In this document: positions 38,119-47,112 of the stretch, piece by piece
Layout: each line of letters opens with the position of its first letter
Numbering within the stretch: position 1 is the stretch's first letter
Notes under the pieces: model-generated
What the model saw: the letters and a program-made list of their open reading frames with translations, nothing else
Database searches by the model: none
Told to the model about the DNA's origin: nothing
From: an uncultured Verrucomicrobiae bacterium
GTDB lineage: Bacteria; Verrucomicrobiota; Verrucomicrobiia; Chthoniobacterales; JAFAMB01
Length of the DNA: 64,000 nucleotides
Assembly (NCBI GenBank): GCA_963762565.1
Contig: CAVXLD010000007.1
Span: 320,001 to 384,000, forward strand
Direction of reading: 5' to 3'
Position numbers and translations under genes: made by a program

Positions 38119-39870
38119 ATGCAGACCAACGCCCCAACCCGAAATATAATGCGGGACGTTTGGCAGACGGCCAAAGTCTATTGGGAGTCAGAAGAGAAAT
38201 GGTCCGCCTGGGGGCTGCTGGTCGCTATCGTCGCGCTGAACCTCGGAAACGTCTACATTAGCGTGCGTATCAACAATTGGAATAAAGACTTCTATGACGC
38301 GCTCCAGATTTTCAACGGCACCGAGGTGTTTCGGCAACTGGGCATCTTCTGCCTATTAGCTGGTTTCGCCGTCACCATATCTGCCAATGCGCTGTACTTG
38401 AACCAAATGCTGCAGATACGCTGGCGCCACTGGCTCACGCACCGATATGTGGACGGCTGGCTGGCCGACGGTGCTTACTATCGTCTTCGGTTTGGACATG
38501 GAACGGATAACCCGGATCAACGTATCGCCGAGGACGTCCAGCAGTTTGTTACCTATTTTATGACCTTATCGGTTGGACTGCTGACTTCTTTTGTCTCCTT
38601 GGTTTCTTTTCTGGTGATTCTCTGGGAGCTTTCAGGCCCTATGGCGATCCCGCTCGGTCGCTTCGGTATCCTACAGATCCCTGCCTATCTCGTGTGGGTG
38701 GCGTTGCTCACTGCCGGGATCGGAACCTGGCTGGCCATGAAAATTGGCCAACCCTTAGTACCATTGAACTACGCGCGGCAGCGCTTTGAGGGCGATTTTC
38801 GGTTTAGTCTGGCCCATTTACGAGAGAACGCCGAGAGCGTAGCTCTCTACGGCGGTGAGCGGGCAGAATTTCGGCTTTTTAAAGCACGCTTTCGAAATAT
38901 CGTTGAGAACTTCCGCCAGATCATGCAACGGCAGCGGCGCCTCAATTGGTTTACGTTAGGATATGCTCAATTGGCGGTAATAGTTCCGCTTGTGGTGGTC
39001 TCTCCCCGCTACTTCGCACGCCAAGTCGGGCTGGGTGGCTTGATGCAGGTAGCCAATGCCTTCGGCTACGTGCATAACTCGCTTGCTTTCATCATTAACG
39101 CGTATAGCGACATCGCTAACTGGCAGGCGGTGACCCAACGTTTAAGTAATTTCGAAAAGCGACTGCATGAAATTCAGACATCAGCACGTGCTGCCCAGCG
39201 GATTACGATTCAGCGCCAGGGTGCCGGCGTCGCCGTAGACAATCTGGATCTCGACCTGCCTGATGGGACCCCTCTTTTGCGAGATGTTTCCTTCGCCGCG
39301 AAATCCGGCGGCTCCGTCCTAGTCACCGGGCCATCAGGTGCAGGTAAGAGCGTCTTGTTGCGGGCAATTGCCGGAATTTGGCCGTTCGGACGTGGTCAGA
39401 TCCGACTTGGTGAAGGGCGCACACTCTTCATTCCGCAACTTCCCTATTTGCCGCTGGGGACGCTAGCCAACGCGTTACTTTACCCACTCGCCGACGAGAG
39501 CAGTTTTTCGCCGGAACTGCTCAGGGCAGCGCTAAGAGACGTTGGCCTTGGCGCGCTAGCCGGCGAACTAGACAGTGTTGAGAACTGGAGCCAACGCTTG
39601 TCGCAGGCCGAAGTGCAGCAACTCGCATTCGCCCGGGTTCTACTGGCCAAACCAGCCCTTATCTTTCTGGATGACGCGACATCTGCCCTCGATGACTCCT
39701 CAGAATCCCGACTCTACAATTTGTTACGCGCTGCCCCCTGGCGACCCACCATAGTGACGGCTAGCTACAAGAGCGCCTTACTCAAATTCTACGACGAAAT
39801 GTTAGACATATGCTCTTTCTGCCCGTCGCGAGAGCAAATGCCCGCCGACCAAAAACTAGCCCTGCTTTAG
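38119..39870 (+). CDS. Fused ABC permease/ATPase, YddA/BacA (ABCD) type
   Basis: DNPDQRIAED, EGDFRF...ENAESVALY.GE, GPSGAGKS, PYLPLGTL. Confidence 0.9.
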   Translation: MQTNAPTRNIMRDVWQTAKVYWESEEKWSAWGLLVAIVALNLGNVYISVRINNWNKDFYDALQIFNGTEVFRQLGIFCLLAGFAVTISANALYLNQMLQIRWRHWLTHRYVDGWLADGAYYRLRFGHGTDNPDQRIAEDVQQFVTYFMTLSVGLLTSFVSLVSFLVILWELSGPMAIPLGRFGILQIPAYLVWVALLTAGIGTWLAMKIGQPLVPLNYARQRFEGDFRFSLAHLRENAESVALYGGERAEFRLFKARFRNIVENFRQIMQRQRRLNWFTLGYAQLAVIVPLVVVSPRYFARQVGLGGLMQVANAFGYVHNSLAFIINAYSDIANWQAVTQRLSNFEKRLHEIQTSARAAQRITIQRQGAGVAVDNLDLDLPDGTPLLRDVSFAAKSGGSVLVTGPSGAGKSVLLRAIAGIWPFGRGQIRLGEGRTLFIPQLPYLPLGTLANALLYPLADESSFSPELLRAALRDVGLGALAGELDSVENWSQRLSQAEVQQLAFARVLLAKPALIFLDDATSALDDSSESRLYNLLRAAPWRPTIVTASYKSALLKFYDEMLDICSFCPSREQMPADQKLALL

Positions 39871-40283
39871 CTGTATTGGATGTTGTCTGCAAATTAGCTG
39901 CTACGTCTTCACGGGATGCAGCTTAACTTCGTTCTCGTCCTCGTTCTTCGGACTTCGCCAACGTTCCGGTTGTGGAGCGCGCCTCGCTTGCGAGGCCGAC
40001 CCGAGCGGTTGGCAACATAGAGTACAGGCTTCGTCGGACAAGCTGTCCTCGAATCCGGCCGTGCGGGGTGATGATTCATGGGGTACTGGAGCGTGGGAGT
40101 CCTGCGCCAAGTCCAAATTGTGCCCCCAGCCACAAGGGCTGGGCGATGCCGAAAGGCCAGCAGCAAGGGTCATATTTTATCATCACATTTTTCCCTGACC
40201 AACCCCTGGTTAGTATTCTTCAACGCAAGGTGAGTCAAATGTCACGCTCCGCGGCATGATCTTGGCGAGAAGGAAAGTTTAAG

Positions 40284-40784
40284 ATGAAAACCGTCACTGA
40301 AAAGTTAACCCAAAAAAAAGATTTGTCCGGTCGACCTGCCCCGATACCTCCGTTTAGCTTGAAACGCGTCCTGGCTCCGACGGATTTTTCGCCGAACTCG
40401 GAGAAAGCAGTGAGCTACGCAGTTCAACTAGCAAAACTGGTTGGAGCGAAGCTGACCTTGCTGCACGTGGTGCCTGAACCGTCCGCCCTCGACTATACTA
40501 TGGAAGGAATTCCAACCAAAGAAATTGAGGGATGGAAAAGGGAAGCCAAAAAGCTGCTGGCGGACGAGCTGTCGAGAGCAAAACTCGAATATGAAGATGT
40601 TGATTCAGTCCAGACCACTGCGCTTCACCCGTCTGACGAAATCATAGAGGTCGCAACCCGTCTCGCAGCCGATATAGTGGTGCTGTCGACGCATGGATAC
40701 AAGGGGTGGAAACACATGCTGCTAGGAAGTCACGCCGAAAAGATTTTTAAGGAAGCTCCTTGTCCAGTCCTGGTTGTCCGCTAA
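40284..40784 (+). CDS. Universal stress protein
   Basis: VLAPTDFS...LSTHGYKGWKHMLLGS.AEKI...APCPVLVVR; paralog of 10458. Confidence 0.93.
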   Translation: MKTVTEKLTQKKDLSGRPAPIPPFSLKRVLAPTDFSPNSEKAVSYAVQLAKLVGAKLTLLHVVPEPSALDYTMEGIPTKEIEGWKREAKKLLADELSRAKLEYEDVDSVQTTALHPSDEIIEVATRLAADIVVLSTHGYKGWKHMLLGSHAEKIFKEAPCPVLVVR

Positions 40785-41180
40785 TTACTGACCAGCACCG
40801 AGAAAACCGGTCTTTGATAAGCCTAGGCAAATGGCCGCAATAAATGCCAGGATCCATGGAGAAGCGTAAAATGGTAGCTAAATAAAAGGTCCAAGGCGTG
40901 GAGATTTCTTGTGGCTGTCACAATCAAATCGTCCGGTTCACCCCATTCGGAAACGGTGACAATTTAAGTAAGGTCGTTTTTTCAGCTAACAACCGGTCGC
41001 ACCCTTGTCGTGATCACCCATCGGGCCGGAAAAACCTGTTCGGTCTGGATGCGGTGCTGACTCTGTGCGACGGGCGGCTTGTTGCGTGAGACGCGAGACG
41101 CTGGAAAGATTTTAGCCTGGGTTGCTAGGCCCAGACTCCTTCGGCACAACATTCGTGCTTTCTGAACCGCGAAATTTGCG

Positions 41181-41663
41181 CTAGAAACCGGAATCCTCTC
41201 CTTTCGGTTTCAGACTGATGAGGTAAGCGACTAGATCGTTCAACTGGTCGTCGGTAAGCATATCCTTGAAACCCGGCATGTGCAGCGGCGGCGCCGGCCC
41301 ACTCGGATCCAGCTTCGGCTCATCAGGCACACCAATTTTAATCTTCTCGATCAGTTCGGGTTTGGTATAGCCGTCGGCCACCTTGTTAAGCGGGGGAATT
41401 TCCTGTCCCGATTGCGCATTAAAATTATGAACGCCGCCTTTGCCACCCGGACCGTGGCAGGTCTCGCAGCTGAATTCTTGGTAAATCTTTAATCCGCGTT
41501 GCAGCTCAGGACTCAGCGGCGCCGCCGAGGCCGAGGCTTCCGCTCCGGGCGGGACATTTTCTTTTTTCCGGCGTTGAGAATCGAGGTAGCCGGTTGCGAT
41601 AACAGACCCGACGAGAATCAAACCCATAATTCCAACCAGATATTTTTGCGCGTTGATGCTCAT
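41181..41663 (-). CDS. Membrane-anchored monoheme cytochrome c
   Basis: N-terminal TM helix, CETCH, distal HMPGF...LTDDQLNDLVAYL. Confidence 0.9.
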   Translation of the reverse strand: MSINAQKYLVGIMGLILVGSVIATGYLDSQRRKKENVPPGAEASASAAPLSPELQRGLKIYQEFSCETCHGPGGKGGVHNFNAQSGQEIPPLNKVADGYTKPELIEKIKIGVPDEPKLDPSGPAPPLHMPGFKDMLTDDQLNDLVAYLISLKPKGEDSGF

Positions 41664-41677
41664 GCTTAAGTTCCAGT

Positions 41678-42712
41678 TCAACCGACAATCGCCTCCCAAA
41701 GCATGAACACGATCGTCATCAAAAAGCACGATGTCCCGACGATCACCCACAAATGCCTTCGAGGCGCGATTTTTTCCAGCGCGGCATCAATGAACGGCCA
41801 CAGAAACAGGCCGGCTACGAAGATCACACTTCCCCAGATTCCGACGGAGAGTGAGGTTAGCTTCAGCCAGCGATAGGTAGGAAAGAAGTACCACTCCGGA
41901 CGAATATGCCCAGGGGTATTGCCCGGTGTTGCCTGCGCACCGACGGTAGGCGGAAAGAACATAACGAAATTGACCAACGCGATCAGGATGACAAGACCGA
42001 CAATCATTTCCCGTAGCATATGGTCGGGAAAGAACGGATAGGTTTCTTGGCGTGGATCGCTTGGCAGTGGGGCCACTCCGTGCAAACGCACGAGGAGGAC
42101 GTGAGCGACAATCAGCAGCGTCATCATCGTGGGCAGCACACCGATATGGAAATCGTAAAACCTGCTGAGGGTGTTCGGATTTACTTCGGACCCGCCGCGC
42201 AGGAGATAAAGCAGTGGCTCGCCGATCACTGGCACGGCCGCAATCATGTTCGTGCCGATCGTGGTAGCCCAATAGGAGAGCTGGTCATAAACGAGCGAGT
42301 ACCCGGTAAATGCGAACGTCAGGGTGATCATAAAGAGCGCCACACCGAACATCCAGTTCAGCTCCCGCGGATTGCGGTAAGCGCGCGTGAAGAAGACGCG
42401 GATCATGTGCAGCAGCACGGTCACAATCATCAACTGAGAGGCGCCCTGATGGATACCGCGAATAAACCAACCCATGCGCACCTTGAAGGTGATGTTGCTG
42501 ACGCTAGCGTAAGCGTGGCTTGGAGATGGTACGTAGTAAAAAGTTAGTAAAATTCCCGTAACCGCGAGGATGCAGAAGAGTAGGGCCGGCGTTCCGCCCA
42601 GGCAAAAAACCCAGTTTTTCATATGAACGGGCAGCGGTTCGCGCAACGCCTTTCGGACGAGCTCCTGATCCACCGGCACTCGTTCCCCAATCCACCGGAG
42701 CGCACGCTTCAT
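41678..42712 (-). CDS. Cytochrome b (b6-like part fused to subunit IV-like part) of a Rieske/cytochrome b complex
   Basis: FCLGG, RGIH...LHMIRVF, GYSL.YDQ..YWA, FH...AH, HIRPEWYF. Confidence 0.93.
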   Translation of the reverse strand: MKRALRWIGERVPVDQELVRKALREPLPVHMKNWVFCLGGTPALLFCILAVTGILLTFYYVPSPSHAYASVSNITFKVRMGWFIRGIHQGASQLMIVTVLLHMIRVFFTRAYRNPRELNWMFGVALFMITLTFAFTGYSLVYDQLSYWATTIGTNMIAAVPVIGEPLLYLLRGGSEVNPNTLSRFYDFHIGVLPTMMTLLIVAHVLLVRLHGVAPLPSDPRQETYPFFPDHMLREMIVGLVILIALVNFVMFFPPTVGAQATPGNTPGHIRPEWYFFPTYRWLKLTSLSVGIWGSVIFVAGLFLWPFIDAALEKIAPRRHLWVIVGTSCFLMTIVFMLWEAIVG

Positions 42713-43182
42713 GCCTGTTGCTCCTTGGGCGAATTCATGAGCACAAAAACCTGGCCGTCCCGCAATGTAACCTGAAGTTTTACCAATGGGCGCGGCGGCG
42801 GACCGGAAACGACATTTCCGTTCAAATCGTAAACCCCTTGATGGCACGGACAAATGAATCTCTTGTCCTCCGGATGCCATTGGACGGTGCAGCCCAGGTG
42901 AGTGCAAACAGCCGAAAAGGCATGAACTTCGTTCTCCGCTTTCTCTAAAATCACGGGACCCGCCGGCAACTGGATGAGCCGAACGCCGTCAGCTGGAATA
43001 TCCTCTGGTTTTCCTGCGGGCACCTCAACGAGTTTGACGGCCGGGATGACCGGATAAAGGTATTCCAGGAACCGATAAGCCAAGCTCCCCAAGCCCAGCA
43101 CCGTTCCTGCGCCGAGAACGATATTGGCTATGAAATCGCGGCGCGAGCCCAAAGCCACTTCGGATGGAGCCGGTTCTTCCAC
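42709..43182 (-). CDS. Rieske [2Fe-2S] protein
   Basis: Tat motif SRRDFI, TM helix, CTHLGC...CPCHQG.Y, GPPPRPL. Confidence 0.95.
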   Translation of the reverse strand: MEEPAPSEVALGSRRDFIANIVLGAGTVLGLGSLAYRFLEYLYPVIPAVKLVEVPAGKPEDIPADGVRLIQLPAGPVILEKAENEVHAFSAVCTHLGCTVQWHPEDKRFICPCHQGVYDLNGNVVSGPPPRPLVKLQVTLRDGQVFVLMNSPKEQQA

Positions 43183-43196
43183 GAAGCAGGCGTTCG

Positions 43197-43649
43197 TTAC
43201 TTGTACTTGTCGACGACCGCCTTGATCTTCGCTTCCGCAGCAGCCTTTTCCGCAGCCGAGATCGTCGCAAGTTTTGCATCAAGCATCGCCTTCTTGCGGA
43301 CGCTGGAGTCGTACACGAGGAAATCGTAAATCTTAGCGCCTGAGCCACCGTCAATTCCTGAGGCGGGCTTACTCATCATGCGGTGAATGTAGCGCGACCA
43401 CTCGTCTGGCAGTACAAAATCAGAGTTAATCGGGCGGCTCAACTTATGACACTGTGAGCACTTCTCGGTAAACACCGTGTAGTCTTGTTGGATGGCACCC
43501 GGATATTTCGAGACATTGATCGTCGCCGGGCCTTTGTCGAACTGTGCGATCCGAGCGTCAACTGCCTGAGCGAGCGCGAAGCCTGCCCCGATCACGGTGA
43601 CTGCAGACCCTAGCAGGAGGATGGTGGAGAGCTTGATTTTCATTGGCAT
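43197..43649 (-). CDS. Periplasmic monoheme cytochrome c
   Basis: Signal peptide (ALA-QA), CSQCH, W..YI.RMM. Confidence 0.85.
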   Translation of the reverse strand: MPMKIKLSTILLLGSAVTVIGAGFALAQAVDARIAQFDKGPATINVSKYPGAIQQDYTVFTEKCSQCHKLSRPINSDFVLPDEWSRYIHRMMSKPASGIDGGSGAKIYDFLVYDSSVRKKAMLDAKLATISAAEKAAAEAKIKAVVDKYK

Positions 43650-43670
43650 AATATTGGTATTTGCGGTCGT

Positions 43671-45152
43671 CTAAAATCCGTACGAAAGCTGGAAGACATA
43701 TTCGTTGGACGGAGCGACGATAGGGCCGCGGCTATGCACCCATTCGTAGTCGCCTTCCAATAGTAAGGTGTTAGTTAGATAGTAGACGTATCCAACCGTT
43801 TCACGTTGAGTTCTCGTCCCCAGACCGTCATCCACCCAATCAAAGCGGGCGACCAATTGAAGGTTGTTCAAGAACGGGAGATTCATGGTCTGATTTAAAG
43901 CTGCCAGCTTGAAAGCAGGCTGAATCCACCAACCTCGCGGAGCAAGCGTACCCATGTTGCTGGTCTGCCACCAGGTATTGATATACTCACCCTTAATTTC
44001 GAAGTAGGGACTGATGTGCACAGCGGCGTCGGCAACGATAGCTGACCAGTTTTTGTTCCCTTGGTTGTTCCAAGGACCCGTGTCACCCGAAATCCCGAGT
44101 TCCAAATCATAATTAGGTTTCAGCGGGAAGAACCACCCCAGCCGGCCACCGCCACCGACCGACGCGTGCTCATTCGCTGTCGTGCCATTGGATTGAATGC
44201 CGACATTACCAAAATCAAGATTCGGCAACACGTTGCCATTGCTGTCAATGGTTGTCGCTCTTCCGGTCCCGTCTACTGATCCCGGTCCGTTCGTTGCGTA
44301 CACGGAATAGGTTACCATCTGTCCGTTTTGCCCGATCGGAACGGAGCCCCGCAACTGGACGCCAATCCCAGTTTCCGGCAGGACGGCGCGTGGCAATGGA
44401 TCATCCGGTATCAAATTGAGCCAACCCGCATTTCGCTCAGTATAGGTACCCAAGGGCAGCAACATCTCGCCAGCGACAACCGTTACGTAATCATTAAGCA
44501 GATAGTCCAATTGGCCGAAACTGAGACTGATCGATGTCTGAGTGCCGATATTACCTGTTTGCCCGTTCGCCAGCGTTACCGCGCCGTTCTGCAACGTAAC
44601 GTCGAACCCGGCTTCGAAGAGGACGTTGTCTCCAGCCCGATACAAGAAAATCGGCGCGAAATCGGCCAGCGTAAAGGCGCTATGCTGCCCGGTGGTCTTG
44701 CCGAATTGAACCTCTGCGTCTCCGGCTAGAGTGAAGTTATGCGTCGCGAGGGACTCGGGAGAAATCGGAGCAACGGGCTGAATTTGGGTCACAGATACGG
44801 CCTTCTGTTCCGCCGCAGTCGCAGTATTTTGGGCTTCGCCTACCTGTTGCTGGAGTTTCTTTTGCATCTGGGCCGCCGCTTGTGCTTTGCGCTGGGCATC
44901 GGTAGCAGCTTTTTGCGTGTCCCCGACCTGCTGCTGTAATTGCTGGATTTTCTGCTGGTCCTGCTCGTGGATCTTCTGGTCTTCCTCGTGCGTCTGCTCC
45001 AGTTTCTGCATTTTTTCGCTGAGTTGCCGGACTTGTTCCTTCAAGGCATTGAAGTCGTCATCGCTGATCTCTGCCATCACCCGCGGCGGCGAGGACATAC
45101 CCATTACACAGCCAGCAACCAACAGTTCTAAGATTCTGGAACGAATTTTCAT
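43671..45152 (-). CDS. Outer-membrane beta-barrel (porin-like) with N-terminal coiled coil
   Basis: Signal peptide, Gln-rich coiled coil with an internal repeat (LQQQVG..Q..AT.A..KA x2), amphipathic aromatic strands, C-terminal YVFQLSYGF. Confidence 0.85.
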   Translation of the reverse strand: MKIRSRILELLVAGCVMGMSSPPRVMAEISDDDFNALKEQVRQLSEKMQKLEQTHEEDQKIHEQDQQKIQQLQQQVGDTQKAATDAQRKAQAAAQMQKKLQQQVGEAQNTATAAEQKAVSVTQIQPVAPISPESLATHNFTLAGDAEVQFGKTTGQHSAFTLADFAPIFLYRAGDNVLFEAGFDVTLQNGAVTLANGQTGNIGTQTSISLSFGQLDYLLNDYVTVVAGEMLLPLGTYTERNAGWLNLIPDDPLPRAVLPETGIGVQLRGSVPIGQNGQMVTYSVYATNGPGSVDGTGRATTIDSNGNVLPNLDFGNVGIQSNGTTANEHASVGGGGRLGWFFPLKPNYDLELGISGDTGPWNNQGNKNWSAIVADAAVHISPYFEIKGEYINTWWQTSNMGTLAPRGWWIQPAFKLAALNQTMNLPFLNNLQLVARFDWVDDGLGTRTQRETVGYVYYLTNTLLLEGDYEWVHSRGPIVAPSNEYVFQLSYGF

Positions 45153-45173
45153 TAGCGTTGGTTGGTTACTCTT

Positions 45174-45506
45174 CTAGTTTCCGGCTTCATCCTGGAGATA
45201 CTTCATGATCTCCCTGGCTTGCGCCGCGGGCAGGTTAGCCCGCACCCGCATGTGGATCATGATGGTTTTCCACTGGGCTGCCGTGAACTCCTTAGGGTAC
45301 CGTTCTTGGTGGCACCGGCTGCAGTTGATGGCGTACAGCGTGGCGCCGGAGAGGCCATTGGTCACCGCCGGCTTCTCCGGTGTAGTTTGCTGCGGTCCTG
45401 CTGAAACGAGAGGGCTGTTGACCACCCAAGTTGCTCCAGCAAAAATCGCGAGGCCGATAGCCAACAGCCGAGGCTTGAATGAACCAACGTGCTTGACGGT
45501 TTTCAT
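45174..45506 (-). CDS. Small exported monoheme cytochrome c
   Basis: Signal/TM segment, GATLYAINCSRCH...W.TIMIHMRVRANL. Confidence 0.88.
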   Translation of the reverse strand: MKTVKHVGSFKPRLLAIGLAIFAGATWVVNSPLVSAGPQQTTPEKPAVTNGLSGATLYAINCSRCHQERYPKEFTAAQWKTIMIHMRVRANLPAAQAREIMKYLQDEAGN

Positions 45507-45844
45507 TGGGGCTAGAGTCGTTCTTCGCGTTCGGGGCAAAACGACTCCGCATCGGTGCCGGATGGTATCGCCCCTCGTGGGCTAACGGGGAAATTCCCTT
45601 TTATCCCTAAAGGAACCTACCCTGACAATTTTTCGGGTTTTGTACTCCACCCGAATTGCCTTTTTCTTGGCTTTTCTTGCTTAAACGAAACCCTCAAGGC
45701 GCGTGAGCCTGCGATGACCCGCATTCCCTGGACACTTTCCCACGTTTCGATAAAACTCGGCGCGGCAACAGATAGCCCTGGGCATGATCCGGAATGAAGA
45801 AACTCCGGCCCTCGAACGTTCACATCAGTTCGCTGGTCGCCGAT

Positions 45845-46753
45845 TTAGCTGATCTCAGGCAATCTAGACCGGTATTCTGTCGGAGAGAACCCGACCAGCT
45901 TACGAAAGATCCGGTTAAAGTGGGTAATCGTTTGGAAACCTGCCTCGTAAGCTATCTCGCTAACTCGCAGCCTTTTCTCCGACAACAAGACTTTCGCCTT
46001 CTCAATTCGGATACGGCTCAAGTAGTCAATGAAGGTTAGACCAGTTCCCTGTTTAAATACCCTGCAAAAATGAAACTCACTGACATTGAGGGCATGAGCA
46101 ATCTGTTCCAGCCTAATCGGTTCGGAGTGATGACTCGCCACATAATCTTTGGCGCGGGTAACCAGTGGCGAATCGACATTGGCGTGCTGGAGCGAAATCT
46201 GGTTGGCCACCAATGCCAGGTGTTCGGAGAAAATCTCCAAAAGTTGTACTGCTCCGTTATATAGACTGGATGAAACTACCCGTGAGCCCAGATACGCAGT
46301 TTTCAGGCGAGCCAAGTTCATGTTCGTACCTAGACTAGCTAAACGCGTAGCGATCTTCTTGAAGCGGCTTGGATTCGGAGCTCGCAGGAAGACTTGACCC
46401 GTCTGCAGAAACGCGATGACGTGGTCCATCAGCTTTACCGGCACGCTGGTAACCGTGAGTCCAGCGAAACATTTCGCCGCTCGTGTTTCCGTTGTCTTCG
46501 CGCCCAACGTCTGCTGTGTTTCTAAGCAGCTCGCGCAAGCCTGGTTACTCAGTGCAAGGATAGCGCAAAAAGGATTTTTATATTTGTTCCGAGGGAGGTG
46601 GATTTCCGACTCGTGTCCGACGGATGCGAGTCCCAAAGGTAACTTTGTTGTCTTTCCGAAGGCGACCTGATAATTTTGGTAAATTCGCGAACGGCTGAGC
46701 ACGTCCACGACGTCAGCACCGTTATTCATGATATGATCTATACCTCGGGCCAC
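45845..46753 (-). CDS. AraC-family regulator with PocR-type sensor domain
   Basis: NPFC...CASC...CFAGL...VPV...LQTGQV; AraC HTH; paralog of 6442. Confidence 0.9.
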   Translation of the reverse strand: MARGIDHIMNNGADVVDVLSRSRIYQNYQVAFGKTTKLPLGLASVGHESEIHLPRNKYKNPFCAILALSNQACASCLETQQTLGAKTTETRAAKCFAGLTVTSVPVKLMDHVIAFLQTGQVFLRAPNPSRFKKIATRLASLGTNMNLARLKTAYLGSRVVSSSLYNGAVQLLEIFSEHLALVANQISLQHANVDSPLVTRAKDYVASHHSEPIRLEQIAHALNVSEFHFCRVFKQGTGLTFIDYLSRIRIEKAKVLLSEKRLRVSEIAYEAGFQTITHFNRIFRKLVGFSPTEYRSRLPEIS

Positions 46754-47112
46754 AGCGAAAGACTCATCACGGATTGGTCTGTTCTTATCGCTGGTTGCCT
46801 ATGCAGATTTTGGCCGGGCGACTTGGTTGGTCGTTGCCTCAATTCCCGCGATGGGTAGGTGGTTGAGTGAAGTCGTTGGTCGCGAAGTGCCAACCGCCAT
46901 CTGCGAAACAGCGAGCGAGTCGCCGCTACCAAAGGTCCGATTATGCTTGCCGATTGGACGAACGCTCGCTTAATGCGGATCCATTGTCCGCCAAGACGTC
47001 GAAATTCCGCGGATACGATCACAATCGCCTTGCGCGATGTTCCAGGAAGATCGGAAGCCTCGCCCTGCCAGTCTTGGGCGACCGCATCGAATCACTGGTC
47101 ACCAATCGCGAA

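Noticed and set aside
39901..40259. Small ORFs after the ABC transporter
   Set aside because: They overlap nested repeat-like fragments (TCGTCCTCG hexamers, CTTCGTCGGACAAG) and show no protein motifs.
41678..42907. N-terminal extension of cytochrome b (409-aa ORF)
   Set aside because: The extension overlaps the Rieske gene; the ATG at 42712 with an upstream GGAG and ATGA coupling is the likelier start.
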